Assembly: GCA_965153355.1 (NCBI GenBank)
Contig: OZ231126.1
Location: 44,392,001 to 44,456,000 of the forward strand
Length of the DNA stretch: 64,000 bases
From: Flaccisagitta enflata
Lineage: Eukaryota
Direction of reading: 5' to 3'
Below the pieces are notes generated by a model that did not search any database, was not told the DNA's origin, and was given only the letters and a program-made list of their open reading frames with translations. Both the position numbers and the translations under genes were made by a program. This document shows, in pieces, positions 26,886 to 39,620 of the stretch. Numbering within the stretch: position 1 is the stretch's first letter; the number at the start of each line of letters is the position of its first letter.

Positions 26886-28061
26886 CTGTGTGCTCACCTT
26901 TTGCAACCAGAGTATCAAAATTATGTTCGCGGAATTCCTTGCATCATTGGCTTTCAGAAAAACCACACATTGTGATATTTGAATTTAATGTGTTACGTAC
27001 AGTAGATCCTCCATATAATGCCCTTTTTGCTCGGAACGTACTGTAGCATGCATGCAACTCCCAAGACAGCCATCTGGCCCAACTACATGGGCAGAGACAC
27101 ATTGGGGCTGCAGTCAAATAGTGTCAGCACTGACATTAAGGGATTTTTCCACCAGGTGCGAAATAGGTACAACCAATCGATCGGAAATATCATTGAAAAT
27201 GAAACGAAACCGCTGCTAACAAAATCAAAAGACTCAATCCAGTTATCATTTATATAGCAGCAAAAGAAATTACCATATGTGAATCATAATGAAGTTTTCC
27301 ATTCAGGGATTTGTTTTATCATTTAAAAACGTCATATATATCTCACAAATCAAAAGAGAAATTCTTGGCTTAGCGAATAACCATAACAGCAGTATGCAAA
27401 CTAGCCCTAACTTCCCAATGCAGGATATCACGAATAACGTTGGGATACCCAATTTGGCAATCGCAATTTGTCAACGCAGATGAAGCAAGTAGGAAAGGAA
27501 GGTCTAAGGAGTAAAAAAAAGAGAAAAAAAATCTTGGTATCGGTAATAACTTTTGTCGACTAAGCCGATTATAACCTTTAAGCTGGTGACTGGAAGGAAG
27601 CACACGCGGCCTTTTTCTCTCATTCACTCTCTGTCGAGAAAGAACGCAACGCGAAATCGCAGAACCGCCTTTTTCACGCCAGCGGCTCCGCTATCAACCC
27701 GGTTTTCACGTGGTATCAAACGGGCGATCATGTGACATCCAACCGGCGATCACATGAACGCGGACCGACAGACCGACACACTCACGTGACCCTCAAATGT
27801 GAGCGAGCAAATCCCGGGAATTTACTTTGGCGCGTTCAAGCAGGGCCCAGAGTGAGAAAGAAGAAGAAGAGAGAGAAAGAGAGTGAGGAACTAGGAACCT
27901 TTCGTCTCCCCTCCATCTCACTCTGTGCCTCTCCTTTTCGGTAAGAGAGAAGCAAGGAAGTCCCCAGAGAGAGAGAGAGAGAGAGAGAGAGACGGTGTGG
28001 CGTCTTCGCGCGTGACCGGTTTTCATGGCGGTGCGCCTGGCTTTCTCTCCTTCTCACAGGC

Positions 28062-28141
<80 letters not shown>

Positions 28142-29349
28142 TGATAAGTTTAACGGCTTCCCTGGCAACGATATCGGCGGCGTCACACGGCGGGGGTCCC
28201 AGACGATGAACTGAAAAATGGACGGACCACAAACAAACAGGAAAATGGACCCATCAATGGACGAGTCGAGAGTGGGATAAAATAATGAGCACATTCACAT
28301 GACATAATTTACGTCACATGAAAAAAAAAAATCAACAACCGGATCAACAGACTAACAGAAAGACAAATTTAGATTAATGAACTAAAGAAAGAACGGGCTG
28401 ACAGAATGATTTGAAAACACTTGAATAATATCGACTTCACGACAAAAACGCCGGGTAGATGTATGAAGAGTTGTCGTGGAGAGCCAGGAGAAATAGGAAA
28501 CTTCAAAACAATAACAATATAGAAATATACTATCTACGGTCTACTATTACCGACTGCCAATCTTACTGTCCCCAAACCATTTCCTTGATTTATTCCTTGA
28601 AGAAAATTGTGTAGATCTCGAGACTCATCATCATGCTTTCAAGTTTCAATGAAATTGACTATTTGACTCAGACATACAGATTGTGGAGAAGCGAGAAGCG
28701 CCGCTTCTCGGAAGCAAGGTGACAGAGTCGGAAGATCTCGCATTTGTAACATGGCATTAGAAAAAAAAATGAAAAAAAAATGATAAAATTTTATTTCAGA
28801 AGAGCTTTTGAACAGTTATCGCAAATAAATTTCTAAATTGGAAACCTTAAAATTACTTTGTTTTTCCATAAATCTACAATTCTTAAGATTGATTCAATAG
28901 GGGTTGACTTGATTTTTTGATAAATCCGCTATTTTAGACTGTTTGCTGCTTGTCGGAATCTTCCAAGAAAAAATTTTGCTTCCCGGAAGCGTAGAAGAAT
29001 ATATATATCTGAAATTTTGACTATTTTTGTTCATACAACTTTTTGAAATGCAAGAAAGTAAGAAATTTCTCAAAGTAACGAGAATCGACGAGTAACAAAA
29101 TATTTAAGAAATCAAACTAATTTTTAAAAAAATAATTAAAAAAAAAAAAAAACGGAAAAGAATATAATCAAATCTGGGTAAGAAAATGACAAAACAAATA
29201 ACCAAATGATTCGACCCATTGACGAAAAAAAAATCTCTTGAAGAATAAAGAATAATAGACCTCTTGAAATCGGTTTGTGTAATATTTCATCGCATAAGCC
29301 AACGTACAGACCAGCGGACCGTGAGAATGAGAAAAAAAACTGAACTCAC

Positions 29350-29452
29350 TTTGGTTGGCGGAGTCTGGTTTCAGGCTGTAGGAAATGTAACAGACTTTGC
29401 CGGGTCCTCGAGAGCCGGGAGATGCCGTCTTTGAACACTCGATGAATTTGAT
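29350..29452 (-). CDS. Internal coding exon: IKFIECSKTASPGSRGPGKVCYISYSLKPDSANQ
   Basis: Acceptor ttttgtataaacag|ATC, donor A|GTGAGT, 103 nt, phase 0 to 1 matching the previous exon; GC-richer than AT-rich flanks. Confidence 0.7.
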
Positions 29453-29716
29453 CTGTTTATACAAAATATAAAAAAAGAATAAAAGATTAAAGAAAAAGAT
29501 GGCAATGGTTTGTGGGGAAGATGGATGCGCATGGTGAAAGGCCAATAGGAGGAAAATGTGTAATTACAAGCCTTAGTTATTCAAATTCTTTCCTAGTCAC
29601 ATAGTAGTACGGTGGTACATGTGTAGTGTATATGCATCCAATTGACCTAATTCATTACTTATCTTTTTCAATAAATCTGATCGAGCTCAAACTGGAGCGT
29701 CTAAAGATATACCTCC

Positions 29717-30191
29717 TTTTTGGGCGGCGGCCCCGAAGGGGTCGATGACCTATGCTTTCACACATATGGGGAATTTACTCCTTCTCCTTCTCCTTCAGCG
29801 TACCCCCCTCCCCCAAGCCTCGAGGCCCATATCTCAGCCTCGAGGCCCATATCCCAGCCTTGAGGCCCAAATCCTAGTCTTGAGGCCCAAATCCCAACCT
29901 CAAGGCCCAAATCCCTGGAGGCTTGAATTTGGGCCCCGAGGTTGGGATTTGGGCCTCAAGACTAGGATTTGGGCCTCAAGGCTTGGATATGGGCCTCGAG
30001 GCTGAAATATGGGCCTTGAGGGGGGATACGCTGGAGGAGGAGAAGGAGGAGGAGAAAATTCCCCATATCTGTGAAAGCATAGGTCATTGACCCCTTCGGG
30101 GCCGCTGCCCTGCTCCCCCCTCAACTTCAACCCCCAACCTACTTAAGCAGGGCAAGGGTACCGCTGACCATCTAACGCTTTAGCGACTATT
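29717..30191 (+). mobile_element. Long HINE-like element
   Basis: Termini as 8169-8800. Confidence 0.75.
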
Positions 30192-30236
30192 AACCGCTTG
30201 CGCAGTGGTTCTTGGGGGCAAAATAAGCTGTATGTA

Positions 30237-30500
30237 CAGTACTATGTGTGCAATAAGGGTCTCAGATGGAAGGTCGTTTTCTGCTTCACCATTCTAATGA
30301 AGTAGCTGCAATTGTAGTTTTTTTGAAACCTGATGGGCTAGAGCTTTGTATGAATATAGTTTTATACCTCTAGCAGTAACTGTTGACCAAAATGAAAAAG
30401 AGTCCAATACCTCTAGAGATTTGAACCTACAGATCCTTCAATCTATCACAACTTCAATTTGTCTTATGCGCTGATCGCATAGAATTGGCAAACTGTGTCT
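30237..30500. mobile_element. Solo, highly diverged relative of the tRNA-bearing TIR
   Basis: ta|CAGTAC start; ungapped similarity to 17637-17830; B-box-like GGTTCAAATC on minus strand at the same 184-bp offset. Confidence 0.5.
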
Positions 30501-30523
30501 GAAATTTATCAAAAAGAAAAAAA

Positions 30524-30662
30524 AACAAGGCCGGATACACGGCAATCCAGTCGCGGAAGTTTGGGCAGGAGCAGTAATGCGAAAACCGCTCGGAATTCAA
30601 AAATGTGACGGACCTACCGACCGACACGGCAAGGTGTAGAGTCGCGTGTCCGCGACTAAAAA
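30524..30662 (-). mobile_element. Short HINE abutting an exon donor
   Basis: Full termini; similar to 18231-18395. Confidence 0.8.
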
Positions 30663-30669
30663 GACCAAC

Positions 30670-30791
30670 CTTAAAATGAACGGCGATGGGTTCTTCAGTT
30701 TCTTTGAGAGGCAAAATGACGATGACGTTTTCTTCAACAGTTGATCGAGAAAAATCCCCGTCAAATTCAGCCGAGGAACATAAAGGCACGC
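30670..30791 (-). CDS. Internal coding exon: (G)VPLCSSAEFDGDFSRSTVEENVIVILPLKETEEPIAVHFK
   Basis: Acceptor (tc)n tggtaacag|GC, donor AAG|GTTGGT, 122 nt, phase 1 to 0, open and protein-like. Confidence 0.7.
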
Positions 30792-30851
30792 CTGTTACCA
30801 GAGAGAGAGAGCGAGAGAGAGCGAGAGAGCGAGAGAGAGAGCGAGAGAGAG

Positions 30852-30918
<67 letters not shown>

Positions 30919-31204
30919 TGAGCATAAATCACTAGGACATAACTACGCGTACATTAACCAAATGAAATCGACTGTCGAAAATCAGTAATGCTTCATTTAT
31001 CTACACCGCTACAAAAACAACATCCGTTGATGAAGGAAAAAAAAATTAGCACATTTGACAAAGTTTAATTCTTCTTCTGGGAAACTAGTTTGACTACGAT
31101 CAAATTTACATCTCCAGCATATTTTCTGGTTAATTTTGGTGATTCAAGACATTGGCAAAATGAAGTATGTTCACATATCTGCAACAATTTGTCTCTCTTC
31201 CCCC

Positions 31205-31262
<58 letters not shown>

Positions 31263-31380
31263 TACGTGCTCCCTCATTCAGATTCTTCTTAAACTTAAAG
31301 TTTCTAAACATCCCAACTGCCCCACCCCAGCCTCAACCCCCCACCCCAGCCTCAGCCCCGGCCCCACCCCCGCTCCACAT

Positions 31381-31576
<196 letters not shown>

Positions 31577-32139
31577 TATTTTTTTCCACGTTCTTTCCAC
31601 TTTGACTTCCGGCCAATTTGCTTTTCTCGTTTCCGCATCAAACTTGGATTTCGATCAACTTTCCACTCAACATCTTTCATTCTTTTTTTCCTCCTTCATT
31701 CTTTTTTTCCTCCTTCATTCTTTTTTTCCTCCTTCATTCTTTTTTTCCTCCTTTATTCTTTTTTTTTCTTTCTTCATTCTTTTCTACCCTTCCTTCATTC
31801 TTCTTTTCCTCCTTCATTCTTTTTTATTCCTCCTTCATTCTTTTTTTTTCCTCCTTTATTCTTTTTTCATCTCCTCCTTCATTCCTTTTTTTTCCTTCCA
31901 CTTTCTCTCCTTTTCCTCCCCTTTCTTTCCTTTATTCCATCTCAGTCTCTTTCCAATTCAAATTTCTTACGAATTCCTAATGCTGCACCTTTCAAATTTT
32001 TTTCCTATTCATGGAAAAATCATAAAAAATATTCGATTAATTTGGGTGTGTGCGTGTGTGTTTGTGTGCTTGTGTGTGCAGTGTGTGCAGTGTCCCTGTT
32101 TGTGTGTGACACGTGCCCGTGCAGTGTGTGGTTGCGCGC

Positions 32140-32199
<60 letters not shown>

Positions 32200-32764
32200 C
32201 CATGTGGGTGCGTGTGTGTGACCATGTGCGTGTGTGTGTGTGACCATGTGCGTGTGTGTGTGACCATGTGCGTTTGTGGGAATTTTTAGTTCGTCAATAT
32301 GTTCATTATCAGAAATTATCATACTGATGGGCCATCAGTAACAATCTTTCACCACTTGGCAAGACACCGTCTATCTACTTCAACGACACCACAAACGCTC
32401 TTCCGCTTATCTTCGTATTCGCCTCTTTTGCAATCACGGCTGGTGCTCATTTCAATCCCCCAGCTCTAGCTCTAGCGGTCTCCTTCCTCCCTCTCGACGC
32501 CTTATCACCTTTCTGTTTCCTCCTCCATTCAAAATGCGTAGTTATGGCTTTTCCTTTTAGTTTTATGTTCCTTGGTTTCTTTTCTGCGTTTCCTTCTTTT
32601 CCATTCTCCTTCCACTCCTATTTCCCTCCTTATTTGCCTTCTTACCCTTCCCTTCCCTTCCTTCCTTCCTTCCTTCCTTCCTTCCTTCCTTCCTTCCTTC
32701 TACTTATCGTTGAATCCTTCTTTTCTCCCCTGCCACCCCTGTCACCTGTCCTCCCCTTCTCTCC

Positions 32765-34618
32765 TTTTTGGGCAGCGGCCCCGAAGGGGCCGATGACCTA
32801 TGCTTTCACACAGGGGAAATTTTTCCTCCTCCTTCTCCAGCGTACCCCCAGCCTCAAGCCTCAGAGGCCAAATTCTAGCCTAGATGTCCAATTTCCAGTC
32901 ACCCGCCCCTAAATCCTAGCCTCAAAGCCCGAATTCCTACCCCAAATCTCAAATTCTAGGCTCAAGCTTAAATCCCAGCCTTGAGCTCAATCCCAGCCTC
33001 GAGGCTCAAATCCCAGCCTCGAGCTCAAATCCAGCCTTGAGCTCAAATCCCTGCCTTGAAGCTCAAATCCCAGCCTCGGGCTCAAATCCCAGCCTCGAAG
33101 CTCAAATCCCAGCCTCGGCTTAAATCCCACCTTAGCTCAAAGCCCAGCCTTGAAGCTCAATCCCAGCCTTGAAGGCTCAAATCCCAGCCTCCAGGCTCAA
33201 ATCCAACCTCCAGACTCAAATCTCAGCCTCCAGGCCCTAATCCCAGCTTTGAGGCTCAAACAAAATCAGCATAGGTCATCGGCCCCTTCGGGGCCGCTGC
33301 CCCTATAACCAACTCACACCCACATACACTCATGGGGCACGAGTACCCTGACCATCTAACTTTTTGACTATTTTCTTTTTTCTTGTCTCCTTTACTTCTC
33401 TTCTTCTTCTCTTCTTTATTCCTTCTTTTCTTTATTCCTTCTTTTCTTTTTTTCTTCTTTTCTTTTTCCTTTTTTCCCCTTCTTTACTTTTTGGGCAGCG
33501 GCCCAGAGAAAAGTCCTAGAACACAGGGGACTTTTGTTGATCATTCCGTCCGTCCGTTGTTCCCCCAGGCCCTCTCAGGCCTGAAATCTGCCCTCTCAGG
33601 CCTGAAATTTACCCTCTCAGGCCTGAAATCTGCCCTCTCAGGCCTTGAATCTGCTCTCTCAGGCCTGAAATCTGTCCTCTCAGGCCTGAAATCTGATCTC
33701 TCTGGCCTGAAATCTGACCTCTCATGCCTGGCATCTGCCCTCACAGATTCAAGGCCTGAGAGGGCAGATTTCAGGCCTGAGGCAAATTACAGGCCTGAGA
33801 GGGCAGATTTCAGTCTGAAGAGGGCGGATGGGGGACGGACGGACGGACGGGGACGGGACGGACGGAATGACGAATGAAAGTCCCCTGTGTTCTACAGGAC
33901 CCTTCGGGGCCTGCCTCTCTCACTCCATTTCACAATCATGCAAAGCAGGGCAACGGGTATCGCTGACCACATATTGCCCTTGGGCGACCTGTTACCGTCT
34001 TTTCTTTTTTCCTTCTTTTCTTTCTCTCTTTCTGTCATTCCTTTTTGGGCAGCGGCCCCAAAGGGCCGATGTCCTGTAGGACACAGGGGGGAATTGAGAC
34101 GTCCGTCCTTCCGTCCTTCCGTCCTTCCGTCCGTCCTTCCGTCCCCCCCCCTTGGCCATCGGGGGCCTAAATTTTGCTCTCTCAGGCCTGATTTTGACCC
34201 TTTGAGCCATCAGAACAGGCTGAATAGCCCTTTCAGACCTCAATTTAGCCCTTGAGACCTTAAATCAGCTCTCCAGACCTCATATCTGCCCTCCAGACCT
34301 CAAATTAGCCCTCCATACCACCCTCCAGGCCTCAAATCAGCTGTTTGGGCCTCAAATTTGTCCTCTGAGCCTCAAGCCTGCCTCTCAAACCTCAAATCTA
34401 CTCTTCAGAACCCTCTTGGCTTCAAAACCGCCTTCAATGACCTCTATCCATCTTCTCAAACCTAATATACCTCAGGACGTCTCGAAATTCCCCCCTGTGT
34501 CCTACAGGACATCGGCCCTTTGGGGCCGCTGCCCTGCTCTCTCTCCACTACTTCACTTGATCACTCCAAGCAGGGCATTGGGTACCGCTGACCATGTGCG
34601 ATCCTTGGATGACTAGTT
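32765..34618 (+). mobile_element. Three co-oriented long HINE-like elements (32765-33372, 33488-33993, 34042-34618)
   Basis: Each starts TTTTGGGCAGCGGCCC and ends in a hairpin plus TATT/TGTT/AGTT; internal ~19-21-bp repeats. Confidence 0.75.
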
Positions 34619-34891
34619 TTCTTTTCTTTCCTGCTTCCTCCTTGATTGGTTCCCAGTCGATGTCCACCCAATCGGAAAATTATTCATCAAAGCCGCGACT
34701 CTGCGGAATCGCAGTTGACGACGACGTTGACGACGACGCCAACAACATCGATGACGACGACAACGACGACGAAAGCGACGCCGGAAGCGGCAACACCCAT
34801 GACGCGGTTTTTTCCCACGTGGCAAATTCCGAGTTCTTAATTTCACCTCCTTTCAATCTCCGTTTTAAAAAACCGTTTGGTAATTCACTCT

Positions 34892-36044
34892 CACTACCCT
34901 CTCACAGCAAGATCAGGAGAAAAGTAACATTGCTGTAGGTTTTTTCATTGTTTTGTACAGAATCTGAGCTCTATTTACTGGAACAAATAAAGATAAAATC
35001 TTGTCAAGAGCGCTTTTTGAGATTTTCATAAAAATTGATGGTTTGCACCCTTTTTTTCAATGTAGATTCTACTGGGTATTTTGAAAATCTTTTTTGACAT
35101 CATACAGTAGATCTCGTCTAGACTTGAGATAACGGGGGCAAGTATTGTAAGAAAACAAATGAAGCCAGGGGACTGATATTTTAAACATAAACTAATAACG
35201 GGATGCTTTATTGCCTATGATAGCTGGTTGCCATGGAAACACATTTCCATGAATTCTCGCTTAAGTATCAATATTTTGAGAGATTTTTTTTTGGAACATT
35301 GCTTAAAACAAAATTTACTACAACTTTCCCACAGTATGTTCTGTAAGAATGTCGCTCGTTTAGCGGTTGCTAAGGGTTGTCACACATAGATACGCTCCCT
35401 AGCAACGGCCAAACGAGCGACATTCTTACAGAACATACTGTGTGAAAGTTGTAGCAAATTTTATTCTAAGCAATGTTCTCTAAAAAAATCTTTTAAAATG
35501 TTGATACTTTAGCGAGAATACATGGAAATGTGTTTCCATGGCAACCAGCTATCATGGGGAATTAATCATCCTTTGATTAGTCTATAATCCAAATATTGCT
35601 CCCTGTTCATTCTTTCCAATGCTTGCCGTTATCTCAAGTCTAGACAGATCTGTTTAATTCTGGTGAAATTTTTCATTTGATAGGTATACATATAATTCCA
35701 AATGCAATTTCCCATTTTTAAGCCACCGTTACAATTTTGCAACGGTGGCTTAAAAACTGAAAATCTTATTTCTATGTAAGAGTATATGTTGCGACCTATC
35801 AAATGAATGAAAATTTCACCAGGAATACGAATTTGCTGACAAAAAGTATTTCTGAAATACCCAGTTGAATCTACAGGAAAAAGAAGGCTTAAAACCACCA
35901 ATTTTTATGAAAATCTCCAAAAGCGCTCTTGACAAGATTTTATCTTCATTAGTTCCAGTAAATAGAGCTCAGATTCTATACAAAACAATGAAAAAACCTA
36001 CAGTAATGTTACTTTTCACCTGATCTTGCTGTGAGAGGGCAGTG
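34892..36044. mobile_element. Non-autonomous CACTA/EnSpm (CMC)-type foldback element with two internal hairpins
   Basis: Termini CACTACCCTCTCACAGC / GCTGTGAGAGGGCAGTG, 2-bp TSD CT, ~150-bp TIRs plus internal inverted repeats. Confidence 0.85.
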
Positions 36045-36099
36045 CTCTCTATTTGCAACGTTTGGGGAGGAATTGAATCTAGTAAAGCGATACCCATCG

Positions 36100-36170
36100 A
36101 ACAACGACGACAACAACAATAGAATTGACAACACAGCAACAGCAACCACAGCAACAACAACCACAACAAT

Positions 36171-36246
<76 letters not shown>
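36100..36246. repeat. (AAC)n microsatellite
   Basis: Direct inspection. Confidence 0.95.
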
Positions 36247-36429
36247 TACATATCGTTCCACCTATCATACGGCTTTTGTCGCAGCAGCAGACACCACCAC
36301 CAGACTTAGGACAACAACAACCATCACTATCATCAACACAACAACACCGTCATCGTCGCCACAGTTACCATCACCACATTTAATACAGCAACAGCGTCAG
36401 CAAACCAATCAACTACCACCACCGCACCG

Positions 36430-36650
36430 CAACGGCGTCGAACGTGACGTCAGCCGGTAAAAGTAATCGGAATGCTAAATGGCGCGATAATAACGCAAGT
36501 AATGAAAAGCTTGAAATATGCCACGTGACTGCACGCCAATTCCCCGCGTCACTTTACGTCACTTTTGTTCAGAAAAAAGTCACGTGATCACAGATGGCGT
36601 CGTAAATCGGCACCGGAGACGTGAATTCCATTGACGTCAATGAAAACCGA
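36430..36650. promoter_or_regulatory. CpG-rich CRE/E-box cluster (candidate promoter or enhancer)
   Basis: TGACGTCA at 36445 and 36632, CACGTG at 36522 and 36581, half-CREs at 36546-36561, CCAAT at 36536. Confidence 0.45.
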
Positions 36651-36754
36651 TCGATTTAATGATTTTCCCCACATTTCTAAACAAAAGACGTTTAAAAACC
36701 TAAACACAATATCCTCGACAAGATTTGTATATAAATTGTCAGCTACAATGAATA

Positions 36755-37167
36755 CACTCTTTTTTTTTATAAGAACCTAGTTTATAAGAACATCAAGGCT
36801 TCGAATGGCCCCAAAATTAAGAACATCTTAAGAACATACGAAGGCTTCAAATCTTGAGAAAACAATTTCGCTTACAATGATACTTAAAGAACATTAAGAA
36901 AACACTTGAATTCTTGTAAAATTAAGATAATATTTTATAATTTTTAGAAAAATATCCTCAAACTTTAATGATTGACCTTTATTTTTACAGTATTTCATAG
37001 AAATATATTTAGTATAATCAAGTAATAGTAAATTATAAAGTTTTCTATAGTTTATATAGTATTTGAAATTAAGAACGCTCTAAGAACGTTGAAGGCTTCA
37101 TTTTGCCTTGAAAAAAGGAACATGAAGCCTTTGAAAAAAAATGACGTTCTTATAAAAAAAAAGAGTG
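36755..37167. mobile_element. TA-flanked MITE with internal TAAGAAC repeats
   Basis: ta|CACTCTTTTTTTTTATAAGAAC ... GTTCTTATAAAAAAAAAGAGTG|ta. Confidence 0.85.
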
Positions 37168-39391
37168 TAAATGATATTCATCGATGACAGCGGTAATTTA
37201 CAGTAACTATCCTAACCCTAACCTATCAATAGGACACGCGCCGGGGCATCGGGCACAAATATAAATACGTATTGAAACCTGAAATGCAACTTCCATGACA
37301 ATTCATGATACGAGAGTCATAGGGCTCATAGAGGACAACGGCAAGGGTAACCCATAGGCAAAGAAAGTACCCCACCCCCCGACGACGGTCCACCAGCACA
37401 GGCGGCCGACACAGGCAAAGGCAGCCCACCGGCAAATGGCGATCCAATTATCACCAACAAAGAAATTCCTTTGGGTGCCAAAAGTTGTTAATAAAATGCG
37501 CCGTTGGAAAGATGGAAGAGGACATGGAAGCGGTGAAGACGGCGGCAGTGACGATGGCAGTGGTTGCAGGGGCGGCAGCGGCAATGGTAAAGACGCCGGT
37601 ATGAGAGGTGGTAGTGATTGTGTAGAGGAAATGGCAAGGAAGGCGGTGGCGGCGGTGGTGGCAGTGGCGGAGGCAATAGCGGCGGCAGTAGCAGCGACAG
37701 TGCAGTGATTGCAGTGGTAGCGGCAAAAGGTGGTGGTGGTTGTGTAGAGGAACTGGTAGGGGGCGGGGGTGGCGGTGGCGAAGGGAAGAAGAGGCGGCGC
37801 GATTGGAAGAGACAAACCACAAAAGAACCAGGCGCCAAACTGGCAGGAGAATGGAAACGCGATGGTGTCAATAGACAAAGAAGGCACGTATACGGTAGTT
37901 GAAGAACGAGGCGTGTGTGGTTCAAGTTATTGGTGAGCCATGAGGGAGCATAACAAATTAGGGTGATTCATAAATTGTTTAGCGGGTATGGCAAGAGGGT
38001 ATGGCAAGAGGTAGTTGTTTTATATCTCAAGAGTAAGAAGGTTGACTTTGAGAAACAGATCTAAAAATAATTACGGAGTATACAGCTATGGTTAGGAGAA
38101 GGAACAAAATGATAAAGCTTTCAAATGGGAAGAAAAACACGTGATAGGCCAAATGAAAGGAAAGAGAATTTAAAGAAAAAGATGAAATAAACCTAAAGTA
38201 AACCAAAACCTTTGCCAGTAAAGATAACTCTCTGGAAAGTAAGTCGTATTGACGGTTGCATTATTGTAAAGAAAACAGTTTACTCAAACCTGGTTAACAG
38301 TTGTGGGGTGGAGGTGAATAGTAGTAGAAAGAACCGAATGCTGAGAAAAAAACGAAAAAAAAAGAAGAAAATGGTGAAACCAGGGGTAAGGAAATGAGAA
38401 AATGGTAAAAATTCGAAGAAAGAAAGAGAGAAACGGAGAAAAGGAAAGAAAGCGGAAATCGAAGGCGAAAATCGGAGGACAAAAAAAAAAAGTCGGAGTC
38501 GGAATTCAATTCAGAAAAGACATTAATTGAATTCAACGGCGCAAATTGCAGGAAGGCAACCATCGAGCACACAATGGGGGAGGTGGAATCGACGGCAGCT
38601 GGAGAAATCCATTGCTGGGGTAAGGACGATGACGATTGCAAGTAAAAGTAGGTTTGACTATGAAGACTGAGGGGGGATACTGAACGCTTAGGATAGAAAT
38701 GATTTGGGAAATGAGTTGTCTAAGGCCTGGTTGCGGTTTGGCAGATGGTAAAAATACACTGGTCAATGGATGCAGTTATGTGACAAGTTTCCCGGGGTAA
38801 AACTATGCCTTCACATGTCGTCGCCAAAATCATGAACTAGTTTGAGGTGATGACATGAAAATTTCAACTCACGCACTCGCATCATGATCTAATGGACGGA
38901 CAAATGAATGGGCAAATGGATCAACAAAGCCTGGACGCTCCAAGTGTAACAGACGGAAGCGATTGTCTAAAGCTAAAAGATTTTATTAAATGAGGATCCG
39001 TTGTAGCGAGCTTTTCGTGTATAAACTATCGAGTTGTCTGGAATGTAGTCCGGAAGTTTGCTGCTTTCAACCGGTGTGATTATTCATGTTTTAGTTTTTT
39101 GTGTTGATGTCAATCAGATCTCTCAGTCAAAGCTATTCAATCTATCGCTTTTTTTCACCTACCTAGCTTATTTGCATCAACGCCCATTGGATTGAATCGA
39201 TATGATTCCATGAGCGTCTAAGCCTGCCAAATGCATGTCAAAATATACTGTAAAAACCGAGAAGAGAGGAAATGTCAGGCGAGGCAGAGTAGAGGTAGCC
39301 ACTCATAAATGAACAAATGAGGGAGAGGTTGAGAGTGCAATGGATTTACCGAAACATGATTAAACAGCCTGTCACAGGAGGGAGAGAGAGA

Positions 39392-39478
<87 letters not shown>

Positions 39479-39494
39479 ACTCACAAACAGAGGC

Positions 39495-39570
<76 letters not shown>

Positions 39571-39589
39571 CAGAGATAGAGAGAGAGAC

Positions 39590-39620
<31 letters not shown>

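Larger units (their letters stand above)
17637..27043. mobile_element. ~9.4-kb TIR DNA element, 279-bp TIRs with CAGT termini and TA target duplication (Tc1/mariner-pogo-like ends); no intact transposase seen
   Basis: 17637-17915 and 26765-27043 are inverted copies with 7 mismatches; ta|CAGTACG...CGTACTG|ta. Confidence 0.7.

Noticed and set aside
35969-36268. Poly-Leu signal peptide exon for the membrane protein
   Set aside because: Derived from an (AAC)n microsatellite, far too long, weak donor
37212-37225. Telomeric repeat (CCTAACCCTAACC)
   Set aside because: Only two units
37303-37925. Pro/Ala-rich ORFs in several frames
   Set aside because: Degenerate GGC/GGT low-complexity tract open in many frames, no domain or clear splice sites
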